The notes: generated from the letters alone by a model not told the origin. Counted from the stretch's first letter, positions 1 to 10,123 are shown. The stretch is DNA of 64,000 nt from Nitrososphaeria archaeon (GCA_027078545.1 JALWXN010000004.1:160001-224000); one strand, 5' to 3'. A program made the numbers and translations.

Positions 1-670
1 GGTCTCACTAATCTCCCATGGATCCCCAATAGCACAGGAGAGGGTGTCGTACGACTGGATAGAGGCCCTTGAATGGATCCGGAACAACGTTGCCCCTGAC
101 GAGGTAATAGCGAGTTGGTGGGACTACGGATACTGGATAAGCTTTATAGGTGAGAGGAAGAGCTTGGCTGACAACGGTACACTCAACGCCACCAGGATCA
201 AGGAGCTGGCCGAGATGTTCATGACTACCGATGAGGATAAGGCTATAGAGATGTTGAAGGAGATGGGTGCAGACTATGTACTAGTATATATAGGTGTGGC
301 CCCCGTAGCCCCAGACAACAATGACCTAGTCATGCTCGCAGGCTTCGGCGAAGATGGTAAGTTTGTTGCTATAGCTAAGATAGCGGGTGTGAACTCCTCA
401 GAGTTTATAAACGAGGATGGCCAGGGCCCAAGGCTGACCGATGCCTTCTGGGAGACGTTCCTAGGAAGGCTGATCCCCTATGAATACCAGTCTACCCAGC
501 CGGTGGGGGCCTTCTCGGTAGACGTATATGTATATTCACCGAAGTATCCAGAGGCATGGAACCTAGAGAGCCTAGAGGGTGAGAAGCTGGTCATGGTGTT
601 CAGATCCAGCGACCCAGCACCGGGGGAGGTAGTCATATACAAGATAGTGGATAGTGAGGAGTCAGAGTGA
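1..670 (+). CDS. aglB: Oligosaccharyltransferase AglB/STT3, C-terminal part (5'-truncated by window edge)
   Basis: WWDYG motif followed by DNGT; frame is open back to the window start. Confidence 0.92.
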   Translation, partial: VSLISHGSPIAQERVSYDWIEALEWIRNNVAPDEVIASWWDYGYWISFIGERKSLADNGTLNATRIKELAEMFMTTDEDKAIEMLKEMGADYVLVYIGVAPVAPDNNDLVMLAGFGEDGKFVAIAKIAGVNSSEFINEDGQGPRLTDAFWETFLGRLIPYEYQSTQPVGAFSVDVYVYSPKYPEAWNLESLEGEKLVMVFRSSDPAPGEVVIYKIVDSEESE

Positions 671-673
671 CTC

Positions 674-850
674 TTAGGGATCTATACGCCTCAGCTCCTC
701 CACCAAATTTTTTACCTTGAGGTCTAGGTAGGGGTCGTCCGGAGAGAACTTGGCTGGATGGGCTACATTAGTAGATCCTCCACAGATGGGGCACCTCTCC
801 TTCAAAGTGTATCGGCCACATTCTCTACAGATCCTTATCCTACTCTTCAT
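674..850 (-). CDS. nop10: H/ACA RNP protein Nop10 (58 aa, not in ORF track)
   Basis: Manual translation MKSRIRICRECGRYTLKERCPICGGSTNVAHPAKFSPDDPY...; Zn ribbon and HPAKFSP motif; directly downstream of aIF2alpha. Confidence 0.95.
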   Translation of the reverse strand: MKSRIRICRECGRYTLKERCPICGGSTNVAHPAKFSPDDPYLDLKVKNLVEELRRIDP

Positions 851-1668
851 GTCTTAGTCTTAAGATTCTCCTCAAGGATCTCTATATTAACGTCTCCCTT
901 CTTACCCAGCTTCTTAACCACCTGGTTAACGGTTGGTATGACCTTCTTCTTAATCGTCTCCGGCTTATAGCTCCACGTTGTTAGACGATATCTCGGGCTG
1001 CCAATCAACACGATCTCTGTATTCTCCAGCTTGGTGGCTGATGCCAGCTCTTTATCCAGCTGCCCAAGGGCCTCCTTTATCCTATATACACCTCCCCTTC
1101 TAATGCTGCTGACTGAGATCACGGCCTCATAGAAATACTTCTTCAGATGGATCTTCTTGGAGAAGAACTCTATCAGATCATTCTTGATGTCTGATAATCC
1201 AACCTCGTCTAGAAGGCCTGGGTTCAGCATTATATTCTCCAGGGCATCGTAGACAGTCTGCTCCCTATCTATTATTGGTTCTAGCTTCTCCTCCAAGTTA
1301 ATGTTGATCCCCTTCTCCCTAAGGTGTTTCTCGGCCTCCTTTATTATCCTGATTCCCCTCTGATTCCTCTTCCAGAGCCTCAGGATCTTGTTCTTCTCAG
1401 ACTCCGAGACGTCTTTATAGGAGACGTCTACACTCTTTGTGAACTTGTCTATCCTGATTACCTTGACTACGATCTTCTGGCCCTCCTTTATAACATCCTC
1501 AATATCCCGGACAAACTTGGTTGAGACCTCTGTTATGGGGAGGTATCCCTCGATGTTATAATCCTCGATATGGAGATATGCGCCGTGACCAACTATCTCC
1601 TTTACAGTGGCGACTACTAGTTCTCCCCTCCTCGGGAATATGATTCTCTCCTCCTTATCCATACTCAT
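847..1668 (-). CDS. eif2a: Translation initiation factor aIF2 alpha
   Basis: N-terminal S1 domain (PRRGELVVATVKEI...GAY), GSPRYRL motif, conserved synteny. Confidence 0.95.
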   Translation of the reverse strand: MSMDKEERIIFPRRGELVVATVKEIVGHGAYLHIEDYNIEGYLPITEVSTKFVRDIEDVIKEGQKIVVKVIRIDKFTKSVDVSYKDVSESEKNKILRLWKRNQRGIRIIKEAEKHLREKGININLEEKLEPIIDREQTVYDALENIMLNPGLLDEVGLSDIKNDLIEFFSKKIHLKKYFYEAVISVSSIRRGGVYRIKEALGQLDKELASATKLENTEIVLIGSPRYRLTTWSYKPETIKKKVIPTVNQVVKKLGKKGDVNIEILEENLKTKT

Positions 1669-1864
1669 CTATTATCTCACCGAGTATCTCGGCCTTACCA
1701 CCCGTAGGCCTGGCTAGTGGCTCGCCGCAGACTATACAGTACACAACCCTGGAGGCGTGTGAGAATATGATCATCTCATTGCCGCACTCCTTACACTTAA
1801 CCCTTAGGAACTTGCTTCTAGGCTTAGGCAGGTATTTGTCCAGCTCACCACTCACCAGGATCAC
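1655..1864 (-). CDS. rps27e: Ribosomal protein eS27
   Basis: PRSKFLRVKCKECGN...C..CG..LA.PTGGKA. Confidence 0.97.
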   Translation of the reverse strand: MILVSGELDKYLPKPRSKFLRVKCKECGNEMIIFSHASRVVYCIVCGEPLARPTGGKAEILGEIIDEYG

Positions 1865-2139
1865 CTGGCTATCTCGATCTTCTTAATCCTAATACCCTCC
1901 TTATGTAGGATGTATCCACACTCTGTACAGGTGAGTTTTAGTACCGCCTTCTTGGTGGTCTTAGCCTTCCTCCTAAGGAGTGGCCACTTCTGGCCTCCAT
2001 AACCCTTCTTCTCCCACTCGTGCTTCCTAACACCCCACCTGAATGGGCTGTCCTTCCCCTTCTTATATAGCGATACCTTATGAACAGTGTGCCTCCTACA
2101 TCTCGGGCAGTATGTCCTAATCTCCTTAGGTACGATCAT
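1861..2139 (-). CDS. rpl44e: Ribosomal protein eL42 (L44e)
   Basis: TYCPRCRRHT, GYGGQ, KAKTTKK..L.L.C..C. Confidence 0.97.
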   Translation of the reverse strand: MIVPKEIRTYCPRCRRHTVHKVSLYKKGKDSPFRWGVRKHEWEKKGYGGQKWPLLRRKAKTTKKAVLKLTCTECGYILHKEGIRIKKIEIAR

Positions 2140-2485
2140 ATGTATCCACCCCTTCGACTACCCCGGTCTCTCTAAGTCTATTATACAGTTCTCTATTTAA
2201 CCCTACTAGATCCCCCGGCTTGAGGGGGCCTAGGACATCTCCATTGTCAAGGATAGTCTTGAAAGTAGTCTTAACTATTCCCAGGACAATCTTGTCCTTC
2301 TCTACATTCTGCTGGGCCGGTGTCTGCGTATCCACACCGTCACGTTTCTCCAGGGAGGATGTATGTGGAGGCCTATCCGATGCGTCTCCAGGCTTCTCCC
2401 CTGTTTTTATGAATGTTTCTAGCGGTAGCTCTCCCCTCAGGATCATGTTTATAATCTGCTCCTTGGTGAGGTTGGGTGAGGCCAT
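2126..2485 (-). CDS. Short Gins15/Gins51-like protein, apparently B-domain only
   Basis: C-terminus (DNGDVLGPLKPGDLVGLNRELYNRLRETGVVE) resembles the GINS B domain; occupies the usual gins15 position upstream of rpl44e. Confidence 0.6.
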   Translation of the reverse strand: MASPNLTKEQIINMILRGELPLETFIKTGEKPGDASDRPPHTSSLEKRDGVDTQTPAQQNVEKDKIVLGIVKTTFKTILDNGDVLGPLKPGDLVGLNRELYNRLRETGVVEGVDTYDRT

Positions 2486-2578
2486 AGGTAGACACCTTTA
2501 TAGAGGGGCTAGGGCATCGGGATACTTAAAGCAGCTATATAATATCAACTATCGAGATGGGATTATAATGGTTCAGCG

Positions 2579-3670
2579 GTGAACATAGTGGCTGGTAACC
2601 AGTCTAGGGGGTCAAACACCCACGTGATGGATCTGCCGGGTCGCGTAGTGATTGGTAAGGGTGTGATCACAAGTATCTCCAAATATTTGGATCCCCTCCT
2701 CCCAGATGGTGGTGGGGTATACGTAGTCACTGGACCCAAGCTTAGAGAGACAATCCTCCATAGACTGACCGAGAACCTTGGGATGGACTACAAGGTTCTA
2801 GTGGTTAGACACTCTTCGAAGGAGGAGTATGAGTCCCTACTAACCTCGTTCCAGGAGATACATGCGTCTCTGGAATATCCTGTAGTTATAGGGTTTGGAG
2901 GGGGCAAGTCGATAGATATGGCTAAACTCCTGGCCTATAGATATGGACTCACATTTGTAAGCATACCTACAGCGCCCTCGCATGACGGTATAGCAAGTCA
3001 ATTCGCCTCCCTAAGAGGGGCTAACAAGGCTTTCTCAGTTAAGACCCTCCCTCCAAAGCTCGTCGTGGTGGATATAGACCTCATAATCGGAGCCCCGATG
3101 CGCCTCATAGCCAGCGGCGTCGGCGACGTATTGGCTAAGTTCACGGCGGTAGCCGACTGGCAGCTGGCTAGGGATGAGGTGGGGGAGTATTACGGGGAGT
3201 ACTCAGCCAACCTAGCACTAATGTCCGCCAAACTAGTCCTAGACAACTATGAGGGGATCGCATCCCGCGACGAGGATAGTATCAGAACCCTGGTGGAAGC
3301 GTTGATAAGCACTGGTGTAGCCGCAGGTATAGCGGGTAGTAGCAGGCCCTGTAGCGGGTCAGAACATCTCTTCAGCCATGCCATAGACCTCCTATACCCT
3401 GAGAACGCCGCCTATCACGGGGAGAAGGTGGGGCTTGGGACTATAATGATGGCGTATCTCCATGGGCTCGACTGGGAGGGTATCAGAGAGGCTATCATGG
3501 CTGTAGGCGGCCCCGTAGACTATAGATCGGCTAATCTAACTAGAGAGATGGTTATAACAGCCATAGTGGAGGCCAGGAAGGTTAGGCCGGAGAGATACAC
3601 CATATTGCATAAATTGATGCCAGATAGGATGGCCGCCGAGAAGATCGCTAGGGAGACGAAGGTATTATAG
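2579..3670 (+). CDS. egsA: sn-glycerol-1-phosphate dehydrogenase
   Basis: GGGKSID, PTAPSHDGIAS, SSRPCSGSEHLFSHA, HGEKVG motifs. Confidence 0.96.
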   Translation: MNIVAGNQSRGSNTHVMDLPGRVVIGKGVITSISKYLDPLLPDGGGVYVVTGPKLRETILHRLTENLGMDYKVLVVRHSSKEEYESLLTSFQEIHASLEYPVVIGFGGGKSIDMAKLLAYRYGLTFVSIPTAPSHDGIASQFASLRGANKAFSVKTLPPKLVVVDIDLIIGAPMRLIASGVGDVLAKFTAVADWQLARDEVGEYYGEYSANLALMSAKLVLDNYEGIASRDEDSIRTLVEALISTGVAAGIAGSSRPCSGSEHLFSHAIDLLYPENAAYHGEKVGLGTIMMAYLHGLDWEGIREAIMAVGGPVDYRSANLTREMVITAIVEARKVRPERYTILHKLMPDRMAAEKIARETKVL

Positions 3671-3706
3671 GAGCGCCCAAATCCCTAATTATATAGGGTT
3701 AGGATA

Positions 3707-4168
3707 ATGGCCAAGGAGCTATACTTCCTAGTCGGCGAAAATTCAGAGGTCGGGGACAAGTTTCGGATACAATGGAACGAGGTCTGTAGATCCTGTCGCT
3801 ACAATAAGATATGTTTCAACGAGAAGAAGATCGGCCACTACTACAAGATCGTGGAGATAAGGAAGCCTAAGTCCCAAATCTATTGTAAGTTGATAGAAGC
3901 CCCAGCTATGCTGGCCGTTGTGGAGGAGACTGCGATACAGATCTCAATGGGCTCGTCCTCAGCTGTTGAAGGGGTCTCAGTACTCTACTCCCCAATAACA
4001 TGTAGTGAGAGACAGTGTCCCTACATCAAGTACTGCGTAGATAACGGACAGGCTCTAACGGGTAGGGTTAGGATAGAAAAGGTGATTGAGCGTCTAGACT
4101 GCCCTATAGGGCTGGATCTCACCCTTGTTGAGGTTCGGCCTGAGCCTCCTGAACACTCTCCTCCTTAG
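3707..4168 (+). CDS. UPF0179 family Cys-rich protein
   Basis: CxxCxxxxxC and CxxxxCxxxxxC motifs; position after egsA. Confidence 0.8.
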   Translation: MAKELYFLVGENSEVGDKFRIQWNEVCRSCRYNKICFNEKKIGHYYKIVEIRKPKSQIYCKLIEAPAMLAVVEETAIQISMGSSSAVEGVSVLYSPITCSERQCPYIKYCVDNGQALTGRVRIEKVIERLDCPIGLDLTLVEVRPEPPEHSPP

Positions 4169-4925
4169 CGATCACATCCACAAACTTCACGGCCTTTGTG
4201 CCCTCGATATACTTTAGGATATCATCAGCCACGTGCTTCTTCTCCAGGTGTAGCTGAGGCTTCTTGATAGCGAGGTCTCGTAGGTTGAGTACGACCTCTC
4301 CATCCACGATCTCTATCGATATCTTCTCGACATCCTCGTTGATATGCCTCTCCACCAACGCCTTGATCTTACCATTTGTATCAGTGATCTTCTCCCGGAT
4401 CTTCACCCAGTATTTAAGCCTCTTCCCGGCTAGTGGTGGGTTGAAATCCAGCATTACCCTGCCCCCAGCTATAGCCCTAACAACTGCGGGGGCCCCATCG
4501 ACATTTATGACCATTCCAGGGGCGATGTCTCCCTGGAGCCCGGCTCTCTGTAGCTTCCTAATAGTCGTCGTGACTATCTTCTTACTATCCCTACGGCCAA
4601 ACCCCTTCTCGGGAGGTATCTCCACCTCGTATTCCTCACCCACCTTCCTACCTATCAGGCTCTCATCCAGCCCCTCAACTACCCACTTCTCCCCAACCAC
4701 CACTAGGATAGGCTTGTATCGAGAGTCGTCTCCACCTAGGCCCGCCTCGACAGCCTTCTCCTTAATAGTTGTGTCGAAAACCTCGCCAGTATCTAAAACC
4801 TGGCCTACATAGTCGATCTTTATGAAGTCGCCCTTGTTAACCACGTCCTCCTTCGGTTTAGATCCAGTCTTCTTAGTCTTTTTAGCCCTAGTCTTCTTAG
4901 CTGTTTTACCCGTCTTCTCAGCCAT
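4119..4925 (-). CDS. Long-type FKBP peptidyl-prolyl isomerase (SlyD-like)
   Basis: GEVFDTT, IPPEKGFG.R, DFNPPLAGK.L. Confidence 0.93.
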   Translation of the reverse strand: MAEKTGKTAKKTRAKKTKKTGSKPKEDVVNKGDFIKIDYVGQVLDTGEVFDTTIKEKAVEAGLGGDDSRYKPILVVVGEKWVVEGLDESLIGRKVGEEYEVEIPPEKGFGRRDSKKIVTTTIRKLQRAGLQGDIAPGMVINVDGAPAVVRAIAGGRVMLDFNPPLAGKRLKYWVKIREKITDTNGKIKALVERHINEDVEKISIEIVDGEVVLNLRDLAIKKPQLHLEKKHVADDILKYIEGTKAVKFVDVIAKEESVQEAQAEPQQG

Positions 4926-4978
4926 CGGCCAGACACCTCTTCAAGAGTATTCATAAATATTCGACTAGCCAAGATTAA

Positions 4979-5509
4979 TTAAGCCTCGGACTTATCGTCC
5001 CTCCAAAGCTCAACCAGCCTCTCGATCAGCCCCTCCCTAATAAGTATCTCCTTCACCGGGGTGGGGATCAGCTCGCTCCACTCCTCTCCAGCCACAACCC
5101 TCCTCCTAAACTCCTCACCCGAGAATACTTTCCTCTGGTATAGGGGGATACGCCTCACCTCGTATCCACTCCTCCTCATGAGGCTCCTCGTCAGGGGGTC
5201 GTTGCTATAGACCCTCTTGAAGGGGGGAACTATGGTCTCTACAATGCTGACCCATGTAGTGTGTATATCGGAGTCTGGGATGGGGAATATGTAGTACCTC
5301 GAGCTGTCGATCCCCTCCTCCCTAAGTGTAGATACGATCATCCTGAACCTCTCTGCAAAGGTGAAGGGGTTCCTCTTCGTATATGCCTCTAGGGCGCTAC
5401 CCACACCTATATATACGCCTCCCTCCCTCTCCAACACGTATTTAACCGCATGTAGATGACCGTAGTGGAAGGGCTGGAACCTACCAATTATCAACGCCTC
5501 GAACTCCAT
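4979..5509 (-). CDS. nadM: Nicotinamide-nucleotide adenylyltransferase
   Basis: GRFQPFHYGH, NPFT..ER, SG...R. Confidence 0.93.
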   Translation of the reverse strand: MEFEALIIGRFQPFHYGHLHAVKYVLEREGGVYIGVGSALEAYTKRNPFTFAERFRMIVSTLREEGIDSSRYYIFPIPDSDIHTTWVSIVETIVPPFKRVYSNDPLTRSLMRRSGYEVRRIPLYQRKVFSGEEFRRRVVAGEEWSELIPTPVKEILIREGLIERLVELWRDDKSEA

Positions 5510-5579
5510 GTCCAAGAAAATTAGTGCTCCCCCTTTTAATCCCAGCTTTAAGCCGGCCCCCCATAATTCTATATGGACA

Positions 5580-6914
5580 ATGTCTGAGCAGATACAGGAA
5601 CGCTTCAGAAGACTGATGGATAGGATCAGAGGCGCCCCCTACATCGATGAGAAGGAGCTAGACAACCTTCTAAGGGAGCTCCAGAAGATCCTTCTACAGT
5701 CAGACGTCAACGTAAGGGTCGTCTTCGACCTGACAAAACGTATAAGGGAGCAGATAAAGGAGGAGAGGAAGCTCTCAACGAGGGTCCCCCTGAAGGACCT
5801 TGTGATAAAGGTTCTCTACGAGGAGCTGGTGAAGATCCTGGGTGGTGAGCAGAGCCGGCTAGAAATCTCTAGGGATAAGAAGCCCTTCAACATCCTATTC
5901 ATAGGTTTGGAGGGTTCTGGTAAGACCACTACCGTGGCTAAACTGGCGAAACTCCTCTCTAACAAAGGGTACAGAGTAGGTGTGGTAAGCCTCGACCTCT
6001 ATAGACCCGCGGCCATAGACCAGCTTAGACAGTTGATAGAGTCTATAGACTCGGAAAACGTGGTCTTCATAGATCCGGATGAATATGGAGACGTTGGCAA
6101 TAGACTTAGGAAGGCCCTAGACACTGCTAAGACCCTGGAGATAGATGTCTTACTCATCGACACGGCCGGGAGGCATAAGAATGAGGAGTCCCTACTAGAG
6201 GAGTTATCGGAGATTAATCGACTCCTCAATCCGGACTACACCATACTGGTTATAGACGCCTACATGGGTCAGAAGGCCTACGACCACTCCAAACACCTAT
6301 CCGATAGAGTCAGGATAGATGGGATAATAATAACCAAGATGGATGGGACTGGTAAGGGTGGAGGAGCAATCTCAGCAGCATACGCATCAGGTGGAAAGGT
6401 AATCTTCCTAGGGATGGGTGAGAAGCTTGACGACTTGGAGGAGTATAATCCAAAGAGCTTCGTAGCTAGACTACTAGGCCTAGGCGACCTAGAAGGATTG
6501 TTGAAGAGGGTGGAGAGACTAGCTAGACAGGAGGATGAGGCAGAGCTACTAAAGAGGCTCTCCAAGGGTAGGATAACCCTCATCGACGTGATAAACCAGC
6601 TAGAACAGATCGAGAGTATGGGCGGGCTCTACAAGGTTCTATCATACCTACCTGGGATAGGCGACAAGGTGAAACGTGAAGAGATAGAGGAGATGGAGAA
6701 GAAGCTGAAAAAGTGGAGAGTAGCGGTGGACTCGATGACCCTGGAGGAGAAGCTGGACCCGACACTCATAAAGGGGTCGAGACTCACAAGAATCAGCAGG
6801 GGCTCGGGAGTCGATGAGAGGACTATAAAGGAGCTTGTGAAGCAGTATAACCTTATGCGCAAAGCGTTTAGAGACAGGAGGCATAGAAGGCTCCTAAAGG
6901 ATGTCTTTAGATAA
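5580..6914 (+). CDS. srp54: Signal recognition particle protein SRP54
   Basis: GLEGSGKTTT, DTAGR, TKMDG..KGGGA, M domain with SRL.RISRGSG; start taken at ATG 5580. Confidence 0.96.
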   Translation: MSEQIQERFRRLMDRIRGAPYIDEKELDNLLRELQKILLQSDVNVRVVFDLTKRIREQIKEERKLSTRVPLKDLVIKVLYEELVKILGGEQSRLEISRDKKPFNILFIGLEGSGKTTTVAKLAKLLSNKGYRVGVVSLDLYRPAAIDQLRQLIESIDSENVVFIDPDEYGDVGNRLRKALDTAKTLEIDVLLIDTAGRHKNEESLLEELSEINRLLNPDYTILVIDAYMGQKAYDHSKHLSDRVRIDGIIITKMDGTGKGGGAISAAYASGGKVIFLGMGEKLDDLEEYNPKSFVARLLGLGDLEGLLKRVERLARQEDEAELLKRLSKGRITLIDVINQLEQIESMGGLYKVLSYLPGIGDKVKREEIEEMEKKLKKWRVAVDSMTLEEKLDPTLIKGSRLTRISRGSGVDERTIKELVKQYNLMRKAFRDRRHRRLLKDVFR

Positions 6915-6970
6915 TCTGAAGTGATATTAAATACTTTGGCCAGGCCTATACAAGATTGTGGTGGATATAC

Positions 6971-7255
6971 ATGCCCCAGTCCAAGGGATATAGGGTAAAG
7001 ACTAGGAGATTATTGACTAGGAAGGGTAATCCCGGCTTCAGCGATAAACTCTTGAGACTGAGAGAGTTGAAGCCAGGGGACAAGGTTCTGATCTATATAG
7101 ATCCTAGGTTTCACAAGGGGATGCCCCATAGGAGATACCACGGCAAGATAGGGATTGTACAGAAGCGGAGAGGCCGTGCATTCGAGATAGACGTGGGGAA
7201 GGGGGATAAGATAGTCCGGCTAATAGTGCCTCCTGAGCATCTAAGACCCCTCTAG
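6971..7255 (+). CDS. rpl21e: Ribosomal protein eL21
   Basis: SKGYR..TR, KGMPHRRYHG, PEHL. Confidence 0.97.
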   Translation: MPQSKGYRVKTRRLLTRKGNPGFSDKLLRLRELKPGDKVLIYIDPRFHKGMPHRRYHGKIGIVQKRRGRAFEIDVGKGDKIVRLIVPPEHLRPL

Positions 7256-7277
7256 AACCTGCCCAGGTGGTCCCGTC

Positions 7278-7637
7278 ATGGAGGAGGAAGTTGGTAGGAA
7301 GATACTGGAGCAGAAGCCAATCTCCATTCCCGAGCTCAAGGAGGAGCTGGAGAATATCGGGGAGGTGGACTACGAACTATTCGCAGTCCCAAAGAGGGTG
7401 AAGGAATATCTAAACAGGTTCTCCAAGGTAGACGCAGAGACGGCGAGAAGGCTGAGGGAGAGGCTGGTGGAGGCTCTGGAGCCCGAGTTTGGCCAGGAAG
7501 CAGATGACTATGCCGTACAGATAATAAACATCCTCCCTCGCTATCCAGAGGAGGTACGCCTAATACTGGGTAGGGCGATAGCCGGAGAGTTGGAGAAACG
7601 TGTAATAGAGATTCTGAAGGAGGAAGGAGTGATATAG
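7278..7637 (+). CDS. rpo4: RNA polymerase subunit Rpo4 (F)
   Basis: YL.RFSK, AVQIINILP...EEVR.IL; between rpl21e and DUF655. Confidence 0.9.
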   Translation: MEEEVGRKILEQKPISIPELKEELENIGEVDYELFAVPKRVKEYLNRFSKVDAETARRLRERLVEALEPEFGQEADDYAVQIINILPRYPEEVRLILGRAIAGELEKRVIEILKEEGVI

Positions 7638-7653
7638 AGAGGCTGGACCAGGG

Positions 7654-8238
7654 ATGTATAGGCCGGGAGCCAGAGAGACGCGAGAGACCTACGGAATCCT
7701 ACTCGGCCATTCAAGGAGGAGCATAACGGTTAGGAAGGGAGGAGAGGTAATAAGGGTTCGGGACGGGCTTATCGGGGACGTGGTGGGGGAGGAGCACTTC
7801 AAACTCCTAAGGGTACAGCTAGCCAACGACGTGGTGATAAACGGTCTAGACCGTGTATCGCTGGAGACTGGGATGCGTAGGAAAGTTGTAAGGATACTAA
7901 CAACGATAAAGTATGGCGAGCTTCTAGACGAGTCTATGGAGATGCTTGAGAACGCAGTTAAGAAGATTGTGTTGATGAGGGAGCCCGAATGGGTAGAGTT
8001 CCTCAATAAGGCCGGCTTACTTACCCATAAGGTCCATACCCTAGAACTCCTACCCGGGATAAGTAGGAAGAAGGTGGCACTTATCCTGGAGGAGAGGGAC
8101 TCACGACCATTCACCAGCTTCAAAGACTTCAAGGAGAGGGTTGGGGTAGACCCTCTGGATAGCATATCCAAGAAGATTGTGGAGGAAATGAGGGGTGAGG
8201 CCAAGAAATATATCTTCCTGGAGACACAGCATCCTTAG
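7654..8238 (+). CDS. DUF655 family helix-hairpin-helix protein
   Basis: GEEHFKLL, H.LELLPGI, PF.SF.D...RV; synteny. Confidence 0.88.
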   Translation: MYRPGARETRETYGILLGHSRRSITVRKGGEVIRVRDGLIGDVVGEEHFKLLRVQLANDVVINGLDRVSLETGMRRKVVRILTTIKYGELLDESMEMLENAVKKIVLMREPEWVEFLNKAGLLTHKVHTLELLPGISRKKVALILEERDSRPFTSFKDFKERVGVDPLDSISKKIVEEMRGEAKKYIFLETQHP

Positions 8239-9296
8239 TGAGTCTTGAGATACACTACATCCCCATCCCTCAACTCATGTGTTGGGCTTACCCGTACCAC
8301 CTCGCCATCCCTTATAATTAGAGCGTATCTAAGGCTCTCAGCTACTCTAGAGTGTATATGCCTGGCCAGGTCGGCCACCGTTGCACCACTCCTAAGTATT
8401 ATAGGTTTAGACGTCTTTTCACGGATATTCCTAACAGGATAGACCCTTATCAGGCCCAGCTTCTCTACGACCATGTCCCCCATCTTAGATACGTGCCACT
8501 CCCTCCCAGTCTGTAGCTCCACTAGACTATCCCCGCTCCATAGATATGCACCGCCAAGGATGAAGGTCTTAACACCAAGGACAATGTCCTGGAAGAGCTC
8601 CGGATCCACGTTCCCATCCACCTTCACCACGGCATTGTATATCCCATAGTCCCGTAGGATACCCCTAATCTCCTCAATCCATTCCGAGTCGACGCCATAA
8701 ACCCTTATCCCTCCGGAGGGCGTCCTAGATATCTTCACATCAATAGGGTGTGGAGTGATATGTATACCCTCCTCTTCAAGCAGGCCAACCATCCTAGAGA
8801 CGTCGTCCCTATTCCCAGCTATCAAGAGGGTGTAGTTAACCTTCTTAGCCAGGTTGATCACCTTCCTATCAACACTCGGATTGATGCCTATGGGTGGGGC
8901 CACTATATACTGGATCTCAACATCGTTAACCACCTTGTTATACATTGTGGGCAGCATCCTCCAATGCATATACCTATCCGGCCTCCCGAAGGTGCTATCC
9001 ATGAAGCTGGTCAGGATGCTGTAGTCTGTAGATATTATCCCAAGTGTGACGTCCCCAGTCTTCTCGAACTCCCAGGGACTTAGATAACCACCCCTCCTCC
9101 TCTTTTTAGACTCCTCGATCTCCTCCCTAAGCCTAGCCATCTGGCTCCTGACGGACCTCACAAGGTTCTTAGTACCCTTGTGCTTGGGGATCAGGCTATA
9201 GAACTTCTGTAGCTCCCTAAGCTTCTCCTCAGGGGTCCTAGCCTCCATAACCCTTCTCCACTGTGCCTTTGCCTCCGCTGGTAGATTCGTTACCAT
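8235..9296 (-). CDS. DRG/OBG-family TGS-domain protein with degenerate GTPase motifs
   Basis: N-terminus MVTNLPAEAKA...PKHKGT and C-terminal TGS domain (TVADLA..IH...L.DGDVV) typical, but no GxxxxGKS. Confidence 0.8.
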   Translation of the reverse strand: MVTNLPAEAKAQWRRVMEARTPEEKLRELQKFYSLIPKHKGTKNLVRSVRSQMARLREEIEESKKRRRGGYLSPWEFEKTGDVTLGIISTDYSILTSFMDSTFGRPDRYMHWRMLPTMYNKVVNDVEIQYIVAPPIGINPSVDRKVINLAKKVNYTLLIAGNRDDVSRMVGLLEEEGIHITPHPIDVKISRTPSGGIRVYGVDSEWIEEIRGILRDYGIYNAVVKVDGNVDPELFQDIVLGVKTFILGGAYLWSGDSLVELQTGREWHVSKMGDMVVEKLGLIRVYPVRNIREKTSKPIILRSGATVADLARHIHSRVAESLRYALIIRDGEVVRVSPTHELRDGDVVYLKTH

Positions 9297-9365
9297 TCCG
9301 CACCCTCCAATTATTTACTATACCGGAGACGACCCCATTAGATTTCTAGGCCAAGGGCGGTCAAG

Positions 9366-10079
9366 ATGGATGAGAAGATAGACATAGTCATGGTGGAGCC
9401 GGAGGGCGGCGTAAACCTAGGCCTGATATGTAGGCTCGCAGACAACTTCGACGTGGACAACATCATCCTCGTCAACCCAAACTTCATGGATGAGGATTAT
9501 GACCTGGCCGAGGTATTCGCCTCAAGAGCGGCGCACAGGCTTGAGAAGATAGTCGTCGTAGACAGTCTGGAAAAAGCGGTTGAGAATTCAGACATGGTCA
9601 TCGCAACCACCGGGATAAGATCGCTGTCGTATCCATTCAGGGGTAGCATAGACGTGCGGGAGCTGGGAACAGTCCTGAGAAACGCTTCGCCCAGTAGGAT
9701 ATCAGTAGTCTTCGGGAGGGAGAGTATAGGGCTAACCAAGGATGAGCTTGGTCTCGCCGACGTCCTCGTCACCATACCCACGTCCAAGAGGTACCCCTCC
9801 ATGAATGTGGCTACAGCAGCGGCGATCGTGCTACACCACATATATACCTATAGAATAAAGGGTGAGAGGGGTGGGGAGGGTCTAAGAGAAGGGAATGAAT
9901 ATAGGTTGATAAGGAGATATGTCTACGACCTGGCCGAGAGGGCGCTGGACAGGCCCAATATAGCCTCTACAATCAGCCAGGTAGTGGTTAAATGTGTATA
10001 CCGGGGCGTGGATAGGAAGGAGGATCTCAAGCTGATACTGACACTATTCCGCAGACTACATACACTACTCGTTGGATAG
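9366..10079 (+). CDS. trmJ: TrmJ-family SPOUT tRNA methyltransferase
   Basis: VEPE...NLG.I.R...NF, VFGRES.GL, IPT...YPSMNV. Confidence 0.88.
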   Translation: MDEKIDIVMVEPEGGVNLGLICRLADNFDVDNIILVNPNFMDEDYDLAEVFASRAAHRLEKIVVVDSLEKAVENSDMVIATTGIRSLSYPFRGSIDVRELGTVLRNASPSRISVVFGRESIGLTKDELGLADVLVTIPTSKRYPSMNVATAAAIVLHHIYTYRIKGERGGEGLREGNEYRLIRRYVYDLAERALDRPNIASTISQVVVKCVYRGVDRKEDLKLILTLFRRLHTLLVG

Positions 10080-10123
10080 GGGTACCGGCTTTAATACTCC
10101 TAGTAATACTCAATCTATAGAGG

